A stretch of 64,000 bases of DNA from Candidatus Aminicenantales bacterium (lineage in GTDB: Bacteria > Acidobacteriota > Aminicenantia > Aminicenantales > UBA4085), in contig JBEKTZ010000001.1 of NCBI GenBank assembly GCA_049515535.1, forward strand, positions 330,599 to 394,598. The letters run 5' to 3'. Position 1 is the stretch's first letter; each line of letters begins with the position of its first letter. Positions 1 through 9,328 of the stretch are shown piece by piece. The translations under genes and the position numbers were made by a program. Under the pieces are notes generated by a model, which was given only the letters and a program-made list of their open reading frames with translations, had not been told where the DNA came from and searched no databases.

Positions 1-46
1 GGATTTTGCCTCTCACATAATCAAAAGGGTCCGTTTTAGTCGTCAT
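1..46 (-). CDS. N-terminus of a gene running off the left edge (MTTKTDPFDYVRGKI...)
   Basis: ATG at 46 preceded by GGGGGAGG Shine-Dalgarno; frame open to position 1. Confidence 0.55.
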   Translation of the reverse strand, partial: MTTKTDPFDYVRGKI

Positions 47-142
47 ATTTGCCTCCCCCAATCTAGAACACGTTACGTTCGCTCTCTTACTTCATGAAGT
101 ATAGAAAAAATTAAATGGCTAGTCAAGGGCTTAAAAATGGCT

Positions 143-637
143 TCAAAACGGTGGTGACCATAAATTCACCACAGCCAACGCTACTGCCTCGAACATCCGA
201 ATAAAATAAAGGTTCTTTTGGACTTTCTCTTTCCCTAAATTGGGAGAGAGTGCAGGATACCGCCTCACAATCTCCTCGATCAGATTCTTTTTATTCAGCT
301 TCCCGCCTTCGATAAGAGACTTCTCGATTTCTTTAATCGAATACTGACAGACCTTCAGGCCCTTTCGCCGCGCAACGTCTTTAATCTTTTTGGCTACTCT
401 TAGTAACTTCCCCGTCCTCCTTGCGGGATGGAGTTTTTTAATTGCCAAGACGTTCGGCTGGTATCGGTCGATTATTTCGGAGACGATTCCGATAGCCTTC
501 TTAATTTTCCCCTCCTTCCACTTCCCCGCCAGGACCTTGATTCCCCAGTCCATAAGCTCTTCGCCGTAGAGGATGGCGAAGCCAAGATATCTCGTTCCGG
601 GATTAATCCCGATTATTCTTAGAGGTTCTTTTGTCAT
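143..637 (-). CDS. RuvC-like (RNase H fold) protein with degenerate catalytic residues
   Basis: IIGINPGTRYLGFAIL matches the RuvC N-terminal motif (normally GIDPG); C-terminal FEAVALA helix; 164 aa. Confidence 0.7.
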   Translation of the reverse strand: MTKEPLRIIGINPGTRYLGFAILYGEELMDWGIKVLAGKWKEGKIKKAIGIVSEIIDRYQPNVLAIKKLHPARRTGKLLRVAKKIKDVARRKGLKVCQYSIKEIEKSLIEGGKLNKKNLIEEIVRRYPALSPNLGKEKVQKNLYFIRMFEAVALAVVNLWSPPF

Positions 638-1100
638 ATCGTTTTAGTAGTCGTCGTATCGGTTTTAAATTATTAAAACCTTCCGTCCCGTTATTCTTGT
701 TAATTAATTTTATTTCTTTATTATTGTTTATGTTCCCTGGTGTCTCATCCCTTGTATCTCTTTTGTCTCTTACCTGTATCTCGTTTGGCGTATACGGCTT
801 TAAAAGAAAATATATACAGCGGCCTCTCGTCTTTCGAACTCTCACAAGCTTGAGGTCTTTCAGTATTCTGACTTTTCGGTTAACAGTTTTTCTGCTGAGC
901 CCTATCCGATCAGCTATCGTCTTTTGAGTCGGAAAGCACGTCTGGCTCTTGGAATTCGCATAAGAGGCCAAGACGTTATAGACCCCGATCCCCGAGCTTC
1001 TAAGAATACGACCGTAATGATTTATAACGGGCTTGCTTACCCAATACCAGTTTTTATCACCCAAGCTTCGTATTTCATTTTCTCGTTTTTCGTTATTCAT
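603..1100 (-). CDS. Winged-HTH protein, phage/plasmid replication-initiator-like (HTH_36 type)
   Basis: VYNVLASYAN...CFPTQKTIADRIGLSRKTVNRKVRIL motif; internal short repeats followed by an AT-rich tract. Confidence 0.65.
   Translation of the reverse strand: MNNEKRENEIRSLGDKNWYWVSKPVINHYGRILRSSGIGVYNVLASYANSKSQTCFPTQKTIADRIGLSRKTVNRKVRILKDLKLVRVRKTRGRCIYFLLKPYTPNEIQVRDKRDTRDETPGNINNNKEIKLINKNNGTEGFNNLKPIRRLLKRYDKRTSKNNRD
741..782. repeat. Four iteron-like repeats TGT(A)TCTC at 11-12 bp period
   Basis: TGTCTC 741, TGTATCTC 753, TGTCTC 764, TGTATCTC 775; adjacent AT-rich 661-735. Confidence 0.5.
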
Positions 1101-1255
1101 AGTTTCAGTAAAACTTCTTACCCCAGACGTGCTCGCAGATGATTTGAGCGACGAGACAAAGATTCCGCCTCATTTCGTCTATGGATTTACAAGATAGCCC
1201 CCGCATTTTGAGAATGCGGCGATACTTTTCATATATGTCTGGGCGTGTCTTTCTT

Positions 1256-1534
1256 TTAGTCATGCTTTCGTCTCAAATATTCTTCTCTCTCCATAATCTT
1301 TCTCTTAATCATCCGGATCAAAGGGAAAAACAAGGCATCTACCAATACGCTGTATATGCCCGACAATTTGATCACGTTAGTCAAGCTCGGCAGGCAGATG
1401 CCTTTTTCCCATCGGGAGATCATTCCCGCACTCTTAAGATTCAGGATTTCCGCGACATCCTTCTGCTTCAATCCTACGGCTTTTCTGTATCTCCTCAGAT
1501 TATTTGGAATCATTTTTATTTCGACCTTTTTCAT
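1256..1534 (-). CDS. XRE-family HTH transcriptional regulator
   Basis: LRRYRKAVGLKQKDVAEIL...ISRWEKG..P motif. Confidence 0.85.
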   Translation of the reverse strand: MKKVEIKMIPNNLRRYRKAVGLKQKDVAEILNLKSAGMISRWEKGICLPSLTNVIKLSGIYSVLVDALFFPLIRMIKRKIMEREEYLRRKHD

Positions 1535-1802
1535 GCTCTCCTTGGTTTAATGGTTATACTTTTCAGAATAGGCCGAGCGCGAAGACAAAACAAGACATGA
1601 AAATTTGCCTTTTCAGGCAATTTTTAGGTAAATTTGTTAAAAAGATGTGGAGAATATTAAAAAACCACCGAAAATTGACAAAGTAATAGCGAGCTTTCAC
1701 AAAGACTCTGTTTTTATTTTTTAGGAGAATATTTACAATTTACAAAAAGCATTTTCCAAGAAAGAGTTTTCCGAGAAAGAGAGATTATTATTGGTGCTTT
1801 TA

Positions 1803-3560
1803 TCAGTCGAATCTGAAACCGAAAAGACCGCCATCTTCTCTTGCGTCAGTCAACCTTGTTGACATAACGTATTTGCCTATATCAAATGTTGCTTGTGCTT
1901 CAACTTCGGCAAGTTTATCAGAATTCATAGTAACAATATATTGAAATCCCAATTCTGTCGCCAACTTAGCTCCTAGCATAAGGGCTGTGCCTACTTGACG
2001 ACCATCAACGGGATCGAATAAATGACTATCATGGATTAGGAAACCTGGTCCAATACCGCGTTCAGCTAAAAGACTGGTTAACATCATATCAAATGTGAAG
2101 ATCTGCATATTCGATATGCCAGCACTACGCTCCCCTTGTATTTGTATGGAAACATCTGGACCATTTTCGGTCTCTTTAATCGTAAGTATAGCAGGTTCTT
2201 TATAAAGCTGGCTTGAAATCTCGGTAAATTTTACTATTGCTTTATCAATCTTTTCCTTTTGCTCCCGATAATCTTGCTGCAATCGTAAGAGGAGCTGTTT
2301 TCGCTTTATTGCTAGCTCTGCGGACTGACCCTCAATTTGTTCTGCAGTTTCAAACCTTTGTTGAAGACCTTTTGATTCTGCCTCATATCTTGCAAGCTCC
2401 CTCTGTAACTGAGTGTATTGATCCAAAGCCCCATACGAATTTAGAATAGACATTAGCTCAGAAAGACGCGCCCCTAAACTTGCCTTTTTTTTATCTCGAT
2501 CTTGAATACGTTGCTGTGCTTTAATAAGTTCGCCTTGAAGATAAAGCTTTCGATTCCGAACAACCGATTCGTGAAACGTTTTTACTTCATCGAATCTGCG
2601 GAGAGATACGCTAGGCAAAGCGATACCCGCTTCTTCGTACAAACGCTTTAAATCTTCGGCAGGCGGCTCATGTTCAATCTCAATCGCCTGTTTGATGTCA
2701 GCTAATAATTGTTCATCAATTGTGTTATCATTGGCAAGCGCATTCAAAGCTCTTGATATTCCTGATGCCTCTTGTTCAAAATCATGATATTTAGGATGAA
2801 CTTGAAATTGGTCGAGCGTTTTTTTGAATTCCTTATATTTATTTTGAGAATTCGCCAATTTGCTCCTTAATTCAGCTGTCTTTCCTATTATTTCCGCTAA
2901 AATTCCCTCTCCCATTTGCTGTTTGAGTTTGCGAATCTGGTCCTCTAAGATCCGGACATTCTGCCAATCTTGTGTGATGGTCCAATCTAAGCCGAGCATG
3001 TAAGTTAGGGCAACTTGCCAAAGCCAAGGTGGAGATGTAACAAAATGAGTGTATGGATGTATAAAACCTTCAGGATTCTTTCGTGCAAAATAAGGGAAGA
3101 TTGAGCGAAAAGTTGGTGAATATCTTTGCTGTAATATCTCTTTTGATAGGCAAAATATAATTTCACCTAGCGCAGCTTTCCATTGAGAATTTGAGAAAAA
3201 TACCTCATTTGTATCTTCGTCAGTTTTTGTTTTTATTGGCCATTTTTCAATTGTGTCTTTAACTATAAAAATACGATTAGGTTGCTCACCATTTCGTTCA
3301 ACAGCAACCTGAAACTGCCCGATATCTAATAGCAAACCAAACCGATATTTTTTTAAGACCGAATTGCGAAAAATCGATTTCTGGTCACATTCGCCACCCA
3401 TTAAGAAATTTATAATTTCAACTATACTAGTTTTACCTGCACGATTGCGCGTGTCCTTCGTAGTAGCATCCCTACTTTTATCTGCAATCAACAAATTTAA
3501 ACCCGGTGCGAATTTCAGCTCTCTAAATGTCGGAAGCGAACTATATATTTTATGAATCAT
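1803..3560 (-). CDS. lmuB: ABC-three-component / Lamassu SMC-like ABC ATPase (DUF2326 type, LmuB)
   Basis: GLNLLIA...TRNRAGKTS Walker A, long coiled coil, SAG signature, FLIHDS Walker B, QYIVTMN, GGLFGFRF terminus. Confidence 0.85.
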   Translation of the reverse strand: MIHKIYSSLPTFRELKFAPGLNLLIADKSRDATTKDTRNRAGKTSIVEIINFLMGGECDQKSIFRNSVLKKYRFGLLLDIGQFQVAVERNGEQPNRIFIVKDTIEKWPIKTKTDEDTNEVFFSNSQWKAALGEIIFCLSKEILQQRYSPTFRSIFPYFARKNPEGFIHPYTHFVTSPPWLWQVALTYMLGLDWTITQDWQNVRILEDQIRKLKQQMGEGILAEIIGKTAELRSKLANSQNKYKEFKKTLDQFQVHPKYHDFEQEASGISRALNALANDNTIDEQLLADIKQAIEIEHEPPAEDLKRLYEEAGIALPSVSLRRFDEVKTFHESVVRNRKLYLQGELIKAQQRIQDRDKKKASLGARLSELMSILNSYGALDQYTQLQRELARYEAESKGLQQRFETAEQIEGQSAELAIKRKQLLLRLQQDYREQKEKIDKAIVKFTEISSQLYKEPAILTIKETENGPDVSIQIQGERSAGISNMQIFTFDMMLTSLLAERGIGPGFLIHDSHLFDPVDGRQVGTALMLGAKLATELGFQYIVTMNSDKLAEVEAQATFDIGKYVMSTRLTDAREDGGLFGFRFD

Positions 3561-3805
3561 CTCGATTTCCGCTTGAGTTTTCCTTCCTGAAGTTCAACCC
3601 CGCAAACTATATAAAGAAGATCGACAGAAAGCACAAACCAATCAAAATATATTGGCTTAAAGCCGGGTTCGGCATCCCGTAATTTCTTTATATCGATCCA
3701 TACATGTGATATTGTTTTTGGCTCATCTAAAAGCCGTAAAATTTGGCCTCCTATCGTAAGTAGGGCTCTATCTTGAGGAATCCTCTTTGTTGGAAGAATC
3801 ATCAA
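3557..3805 (-). CDS. lmuC: ABC-3C middle component (LmuC-like)
   Basis: 82 aa MILPTKRI..RALL.IG..IL; 4-bp overlaps with both neighbours. Confidence 0.8.
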   Translation of the reverse strand: MMILPTKRIPQDRALLTIGGQILRLLDEPKTISHVWIDIKKLRDAEPGFKPIYFDWFVLSVDLLYIVCGVELQEGKLKRKSR

Positions 3806-4719
3806 GAGAGCTCCTTTGACGCATTTTCAAAGACATCACATGAATCAAATAAATAAGCCAATATGGCTAAGACCGCCGTTTCTAATTGTTGATCTGGCTG
3901 TCGCCCGCCTCCAGCAAATATCCATAGTTCATTAAATATGTTATCGGGCAGGTAGCCAGCATTGCGCAATGCTTCGTATCTTTCCTTAAATGTTTTTGCA
4001 ACTTTATCGCCCAGTTCAGGGTCTATCCATTTAGCAAACAAATCCTTCACAATGACCGCCTTTTGTCTTCCAACGTTTAGCCAAGAAGCAATATTCGAAG
4101 ATAGTCGATTAAATTCGACTTTGCCAGTCTCAACTGGCATTATAGGTGCTATATAATCCAACTCGCTTTTTGCAATTTGATCAAGTACCTCTTTTAATAG
4201 TTGAAAACCAACATCCTTTACTGAGCGGGGATCCAACGGCGGGCCGAATAGTCCGACTATATCACCATCATCTAAGCCAAAAACCAAATTTCTAAGAACG
4301 GTTTCGGCCCAAATAGATACATTATATCCCTTATGTCCATTTATATCTTGCAGTTTCCTTTCTACATCTGGCGGTAATCCACTATATTGGTTATGCACGA
4401 AAATCCAAGTTTTAAAGAGTGCACCCCAATGTGTAATTGCGCCATAAAAATCTTCTTCGATTTTTTTGATTGCAGGTCTTGTTTCCATGCGTTCGGGGGC
4501 ATAACATTGGAAAAGCTGATGTTCAGATGGCAATAACCCGTCGCATTTTCGGTCACCATGTTGACCCGCTGGTCTTACTTTACGAAAATCTCCAGGGTAT
4601 CGGCGAGACATTAAATCAGAAAAAAAGTCTTGAAATTCTAAACCATACTTGTGTCGCACCTTTAGCTGGAATAGCATCTCATACCAGGCTCGGACTTGCG
4701 GATCTTTTAATAAGCTCAT
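3802..4719 (-). CDS. lmuA: ABC-3C/Lamassu effector LmuA: restriction-endonuclease-like N-terminus plus ABC-3C C-terminal domain
   Basis: G.EFQDFF...GDRKCDG...FQCYAP nuclease-like motif; C-terminal AILAYLFDSCDVFE. Confidence 0.8.
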   Translation of the reverse strand: MSLLKDPQVRAWYEMLFQLKVRHKYGLEFQDFFSDLMSRRYPGDFRKVRPAGQHGDRKCDGLLPSEHQLFQCYAPERMETRPAIKKIEEDFYGAITHWGALFKTWIFVHNQYSGLPPDVERKLQDINGHKGYNVSIWAETVLRNLVFGLDDGDIVGLFGPPLDPRSVKDVGFQLLKEVLDQIAKSELDYIAPIMPVETGKVEFNRLSSNIASWLNVGRQKAVIVKDLFAKWIDPELGDKVAKTFKERYEALRNAGYLPDNIFNELWIFAGGGRQPDQQLETAVLAILAYLFDSCDVFENASKELS

Positions 4720-4737
4720 TCAAATGTGATTGAATTT

Positions 4738-5187
4738 CTATTTCTCAAGAAGTTTATTTTGATATTTCTCAAGTTTTTCCCTCATAGATTTAATATCCTG
4801 AAGGTTTTCATTAAATTTCAGAATAAATGCCTTATTTACAATTGCATCTCCATCTGCGATCTTATATTTTTCATCAGCTTTAATAATAATATCTCCCTCG
4901 TCGGTTTTTCCAATTATCTGTATAAAACCCGTAACTTCGGGCTTTTCCAATTCAATAAACTTTATTTTTTCTCTTGGGAAAAGCATAAATCGGCCGAAAA
5001 ATAACAATAATATAATTCCCAATACAAATATTACCCCAGGCCATGTTAGGATCACTCTTAGATATTCAAGGATTGTCGCATGTACTTGGTGAGTTGGATA
5101 TTTCGCTATCAAAGCGATAAGCACAATAATAATTCCAATGATAATAAGAGAAATAAAACTCCTGATTACGATTTCTTTATTTCTCAT
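4738..5187 (-). CDS. Hypothetical membrane protein (two TM segments, short soluble tail)
   Basis: Two long hydrophobic stretches in the first 70 aa; co-oriented with neighbours with short gaps. Confidence 0.65.
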   Translation of the reverse strand: MRNKEIVIRSFISLIIIGIIIVLIALIAKYPTHQVHATILEYLRVILTWPGVIFVLGIILLLFFGRFMLFPREKIKFIELEKPEVTGFIQIIGKTDEGDIIIKADEKYKIADGDAIVNKAFILKFNENLQDIKSMREKLEKYQNKLLEK

Positions 5188-5222
5188 ATCATTCTATCCA
5201 TATCCGTATAGGTATATTTTTG

Positions 5223-5975
5223 TTATAAGCTATGTTCTCCAGCAGGATCTTTTAATACGGCTATTAATCTAGAGCTCATATCAATGGCAGCATTCGCTTC
5301 ATCTTCAGGTATTCTTTGTCCGTGTATTGCTGCGTTACATATCCTAATTACATAATCAAAACCTTCTTTCATCTTTATATATTCAGGATATTCAATTATG
5401 AAGCGATCAAATAGCTGTCGTGCTGTAAGATATTTAACTTCTTTTTCTCCGATTCTTCTATCCTCCAGCTTTTTGCCCAATATCTTACGTAATGATTGCT
5501 CTAACATAATCCTTATTCTTGCCAGTATCATTATGTTGTCTTCCTCCGCATCAAGAAGTTCATTTCTAATATTTTGAGCCTCCGATGATTTATCAGGTGA
5601 CAACAATCTCTCGACTTCCCCATCGGCAACTTTTATATCATCGAGTTTTGGGACATTGTAAAGATTAATGTTTTGAATATTCCTAATTGAGGAACTTATT
5701 AAAGATAACGTTTGACGGGTTTCCATCTTGAACTCGCTAATACTTTCTTTCATTCTTTTTACTTCTCGTTCAAACTCAATAATATTTCCAATTTTTATCT
5801 TACTTACAAACGGGAGAAGAAATAATACAATCGCGATGCCGATTATTAGCCATTCCCAATTAAATGGAAAAATTCTTGGAGGAAACCCACGTTCTATATG
5901 AAAAATAACGAGAAGATAAATTCCAAATAGCCATGAAATCACAAGAAAAATTAATTCAGAAGCCTTTTTCCCCAT
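5223..5975 (-). CDS. Two-TM protein with C-terminal HEPN/DUF4145-like domain
   Basis: N-terminal TM pair, coiled coil, RIMLEQSL helix and RICNAAIH (R-x6-H) motif. Confidence 0.65.
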   Translation of the reverse strand: MGKKASELIFLVISWLFGIYLLVIFHIERGFPPRIFPFNWEWLIIGIAIVLFLLPFVSKIKIGNIIEFEREVKRMKESISEFKMETRQTLSLISSSIRNIQNINLYNVPKLDDIKVADGEVERLLSPDKSSEAQNIRNELLDAEEDNIMILARIRIMLEQSLRKILGKKLEDRRIGEKEVKYLTARQLFDRFIIEYPEYIKMKEGFDYVIRICNAAIHGQRIPEDEANAAIDMSSRLIAVLKDPAGEHSL

Positions 5976-6187
5976 TTGAATTCATCCTTAATTTTATATT
6001 AATTTAAACAGTATATAATTGCAATATTGAGGGCGGAACCTCAAAAATATAATCGGTTTTCGAATATGTCCTTTTTAGGAGCCTCTGATGGACTCCCATT
6101 AATCAATCATTTGATATGCTTAGAAGGATAATTTATTTTTAATACCCTGAGAAGGCAATACAAAGCCTTTCTTCGCTCGATATCCAA

Positions 6188-6976
6188 CTATTTTTTCTGT
6201 AGAGCGCGCCGAAGACGCGATGCCTCATCATCCTGACCTGCCTTTTGCAGGGCATAGATCGCATCCAAGACAAGCCGCTCTAAACGTTGAATCTGAGCCT
6301 CCTTTTGAGAAATGGCCGCATCGTAACCAGCCCATTGACGAATGAGGGCCCAAGAGGCTCGATATTCATTAAGAAGCGAAAGCATATACTCATAACCGGG
6401 CTGGGACACTTTTTGAACCCATTCGCGTTCCGTTGATTCAATATTCACGAGGACTGTGTTGGGCTCTGACATACATATTGCTTTGGCAAGCTCTAGAGCT
6501 TCGGCATAGGGAATATGTACGACTCCAAATCGATCAATATATGCAACTTTTGTTGTGGTTTCGGATTCTTTTTCGGGGCTGAAATTTGCGCGCACCTTGA
6601 CTCGGTCTAACGCCTCAGGATTACCGGAGAGAGTTCCTCTGTAAAAGTACAAATCTTTTTCTCCCAATGATTCAAAGACCTGAGATAGAACGTTTGCAAT
6701 GGGGGAAACTTCCTTATAGTCGTGCTTTTCATTATCCGCCTGAAGTTGTTTCATTTTTTCCTCATCACGGAAGTAAGCCTTCCTCTCTTTCCAGCTGACT
6801 ATCAGCATTTGGGATTCAACGTAATCAATCAATCCGGGATTTGGATCAATCCATTCGGCCTTCCATTTCTTTCCGCGAACATGTTGTAAGATTTTAATCC
6901 GTTGAAGGGGCGCGTCGGAACCTCTCTTTTCCCGCAAAACATATTCCTTCCCAACCTTGATATCTGATTTCTGCAT
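6188..6976 (-). CDS. Hypothetical protein (beta-rich N-terminus, helical C-terminus)
   Basis: 262 aa ORF with AAGGAG RBS; no recognisable motif. Confidence 0.75.
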   Translation of the reverse strand: MQKSDIKVGKEYVLREKRGSDAPLQRIKILQHVRGKKWKAEWIDPNPGLIDYVESQMLIVSWKERKAYFRDEEKMKQLQADNEKHDYKEVSPIANVLSQVFESLGEKDLYFYRGTLSGNPEALDRVKVRANFSPEKESETTTKVAYIDRFGVVHIPYAEALELAKAICMSEPNTVLVNIESTEREWVQKVSQPGYEYMLSLLNEYRASWALIRQWAGYDAAISQKEAQIQRLERLVLDAIYALQKAGQDDEASRLRRALQKK

Positions 6977-7159
6977 AACGGTCTCCTTACCCAGCGTCGC
7001 TAAAATGCTTCGATCTCTCGAGAAACAAATCGTCCATCAGTTTTTTCATTCTATTTCGCCTAGTTGAAAAAATAAACCCTTTATTTATCTCAGAAATTGC
7101 CATTCACGGCAAATTATCCTCTCTTATTGCTTTAATTTTCTTGGCTTATCCTGTAATTG

Positions 7160-7348
7160 ATGAAGCTAAGCGAAGAAGCAATCAGTGAATTTAAAATAAT
7201 CTACTGGCGGGAATATGGAAAGAAAATCTCCGACGAGAAAGCTCAAGAGATGGGACAAAATCTCCTCTCTCTGTTTAAGATCGTTTATAGACCAATTCCG
7301 GAGGAGGAGAAAGATAAAACAAAATACAGCGATTCATTGTCCGTATAA
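7160..7348 (+). CDS. Small hypothetical protein upstream of serine recombinase
   Basis: MKLSEEAISEFKIIY..EYG..ISDE.A.EMG.NLL.LF..VYRP; resembles, from recall, small proteins beside serine recombinases in Patescibacteria. Confidence 0.65.
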   Translation: MKLSEEAISEFKIIYWREYGKKISDEKAQEMGQNLLSLFKIVYRPIPEEEKDKTKYSDSLSV

Positions 7349-7481
7349 TTTCGGACATTTATTTTGAAATTCTTTTTATCCATTGTAATATTAAAATATA
7401 AATATTATTCAAGGGGTTCGGGAATCTCATTCAACGGAATCTCTTTGAGTGCCGTTTGCTGTTCCCTCTCTTTCAAATCTT

Positions 7482-9224
7482 ATGCTTCGCTATTTTATTT
7501 ATTGTCGTAAATCCACGGAATCCGAAGATCGACAAGTTCTTTCGCTGGAATCTCAATTAAATGAACTGATAAGCCTCGCAAAGCGGTTGAATCTTTCGGT
7601 TATTGAAACTTTCATCGAATCCAAATCGGCAAAATCTCCTGGCCGGCCACAATTTGATGAAATGATAAAACGGATCAACCAAAACAAAGCGGATGGGATT
7701 ATCTGCTGGAAGTTAGACCGTTTATCGAGAAATCCGATAGACGGTGGCCAGATCATCTGGCTGCTTCAGAAGAATATCATAAAGCATATTCAGACTTTTG
7801 ATCGAGGTTATTACCCCGAAGACAATGTTCTTTTAATGAATGTCGAGTTCGGAATGGCTAATCAATTTATCTTAGATTTAGGGCGAAACGTTAAAAGAGG
7901 GCTTAAGACAAAAGCCGAAAAAGGATGGCTCCCCTCTATTGCTCCTATTGGCTACCTGAATGACAAATCTAAAGGTAAAGGATTAAAAGAAATTGCCAAA
8001 GACCCGGAGAGGTTTGAATTGGTTAAAAAGATGTGGCAATTGATGCTCACCGGGCTTTATACGCCGACCAAGATTATTGAAATAGCTCACGAGGAATGGG
8101 GCATCCTTAATCCTAAAAACAGATTTATTTCCAGAAGCACAATTTACAAGCTTTTCACCAATCCCTTCTATTATGGCTGGTATGAATATCCCGTAGGCAG
8201 CGGAAATTGGCATCAAGGCCGACATGAGCCGATGATCACGGCCTCGGAATATGATCGCGTCCAACTATTGCTGGCACAAAGGGGAAAGCCAAGGAGATTA
8301 AAAAAAATAGATTTTTCTTTCACGGGGATTCTTAGATGCGGTGAGTGTGGAGGGAATATTACGGCAGAAGAAAAAAATCAGATTATCTGTCCGGAATGCA
8401 AATATAAGTTTTCCTCAACTCACAGATTTGACTGTCCGAAATGTAGAACTGCCATAGAAGAAATGATCAATCCGACTATTCTCCATTATATTTATTACCA
8501 TTGCACGAAGAGAGTCCATCCGAACTGTACGCAGGGCTCAATAAGCGTTCAAGAGATTGAAGCGCAGTTTAATCATTATTTGTCCGATATCCATATTACT
8601 GAAGATTTCAAAAACTGGGCGATTAAATATCTGAAAGAAGTCGATAATAAAGAAGCCGTTTCAAAAGAGGATGTCATTTCGGCTCAGAAAAAAACTCTTG
8701 CCAATTGCCTCATAAAACTTGGAAACCTCTTCCAGCTAAAAATATCTCCTCTAAACAGTACCGGCAGTCTTCTATCAGATGAAGAATACGCAAAACAAAA
8801 AAACGAGCTTTCAAAAGAAAAAACTCGACTTGAAGAATCTCTTAATGGATCACAAGACAGGTCGGCACGATGGCAAGAAATTGAAGAAAAAGTCTTTGAA
8901 TTCGCCCGCTCGGCCCGTTATTGGTTTACTAGAGGCTCACCCCAGGAAAAATCCCGGATGTTTCAAACACTTGGTTCGAACCTAATTCTTAGAAACAAAC
9001 ACCTCTCAATTCAGCTTAAGAAACCGTTCTTTGCGATCAATAACATCCTTAAAAACGTGCCAGAGGCAAAAAGCTCGTTCGAACCTAAAAAAACAGGGCA
9101 AAATGAAGCTAAAATCATCAGTCACTGCTTCAATCGTCCGATAGTGAGCCGCGAATTAGATAAAATTCGAACCTGGATTATGGAGAATTATAACGATTAT
9201 GACCTCACATCGTTTAAGATGTGA
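7482..9224 (+). CDS. Large serine recombinase (resolvase + recombinase + Zn-ribbon + coiled coil)
   Basis: YCRKS catalytic motif, SAK.PGRP.F, WKLDRLSRN, CGECG...YYHC; likely ATG at 7482 (ORF track starts at 7449). Confidence 0.92.
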   Translation: MLRYFIYCRKSTESEDRQVLSLESQLNELISLAKRLNLSVIETFIESKSAKSPGRPQFDEMIKRINQNKADGIICWKLDRLSRNPIDGGQIIWLLQKNIIKHIQTFDRGYYPEDNVLLMNVEFGMANQFILDLGRNVKRGLKTKAEKGWLPSIAPIGYLNDKSKGKGLKEIAKDPERFELVKKMWQLMLTGLYTPTKIIEIAHEEWGILNPKNRFISRSTIYKLFTNPFYYGWYEYPVGSGNWHQGRHEPMITASEYDRVQLLLAQRGKPRRLKKIDFSFTGILRCGECGGNITAEEKNQIICPECKYKFSSTHRFDCPKCRTAIEEMINPTILHYIYYHCTKRVHPNCTQGSISVQEIEAQFNHYLSDIHITEDFKNWAIKYLKEVDNKEAVSKEDVISAQKKTLANCLIKLGNLFQLKISPLNSTGSLLSDEEYAKQKNELSKEKTRLEESLNGSQDRSARWQEIEEKVFEFARSARYWFTRGSPQEKSRMFQTLGSNLILRNKHLSIQLKKPFFAINNILKNVPEAKSSFEPKKTGQNEAKIISHCFNRPIVSRELDKIRTWIMENYNDYDLTSFKM

Positions 9225-9328
9225 TCAGCCTTCTTGCGCTTGTTTGTCCGTGGAAATACGGGCGTATAGAAGACAATTCATAATTACTTATCAATTTAAT
9301 ATTCTCTGAGATTATATCTTATCTAATT

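Noticed and set aside
143..637. RuvC-fold ORF as TnpB/IscB/Cas12
   Set aside because: Too short (164 aa), unsplit RuvC, no Zn finger or transposon ends seen
8960..9190. tRNA gene suggested by GGTTCGAA motifs
   Set aside because: No cloverleaf can be folded and the motifs lie within an intact CDS
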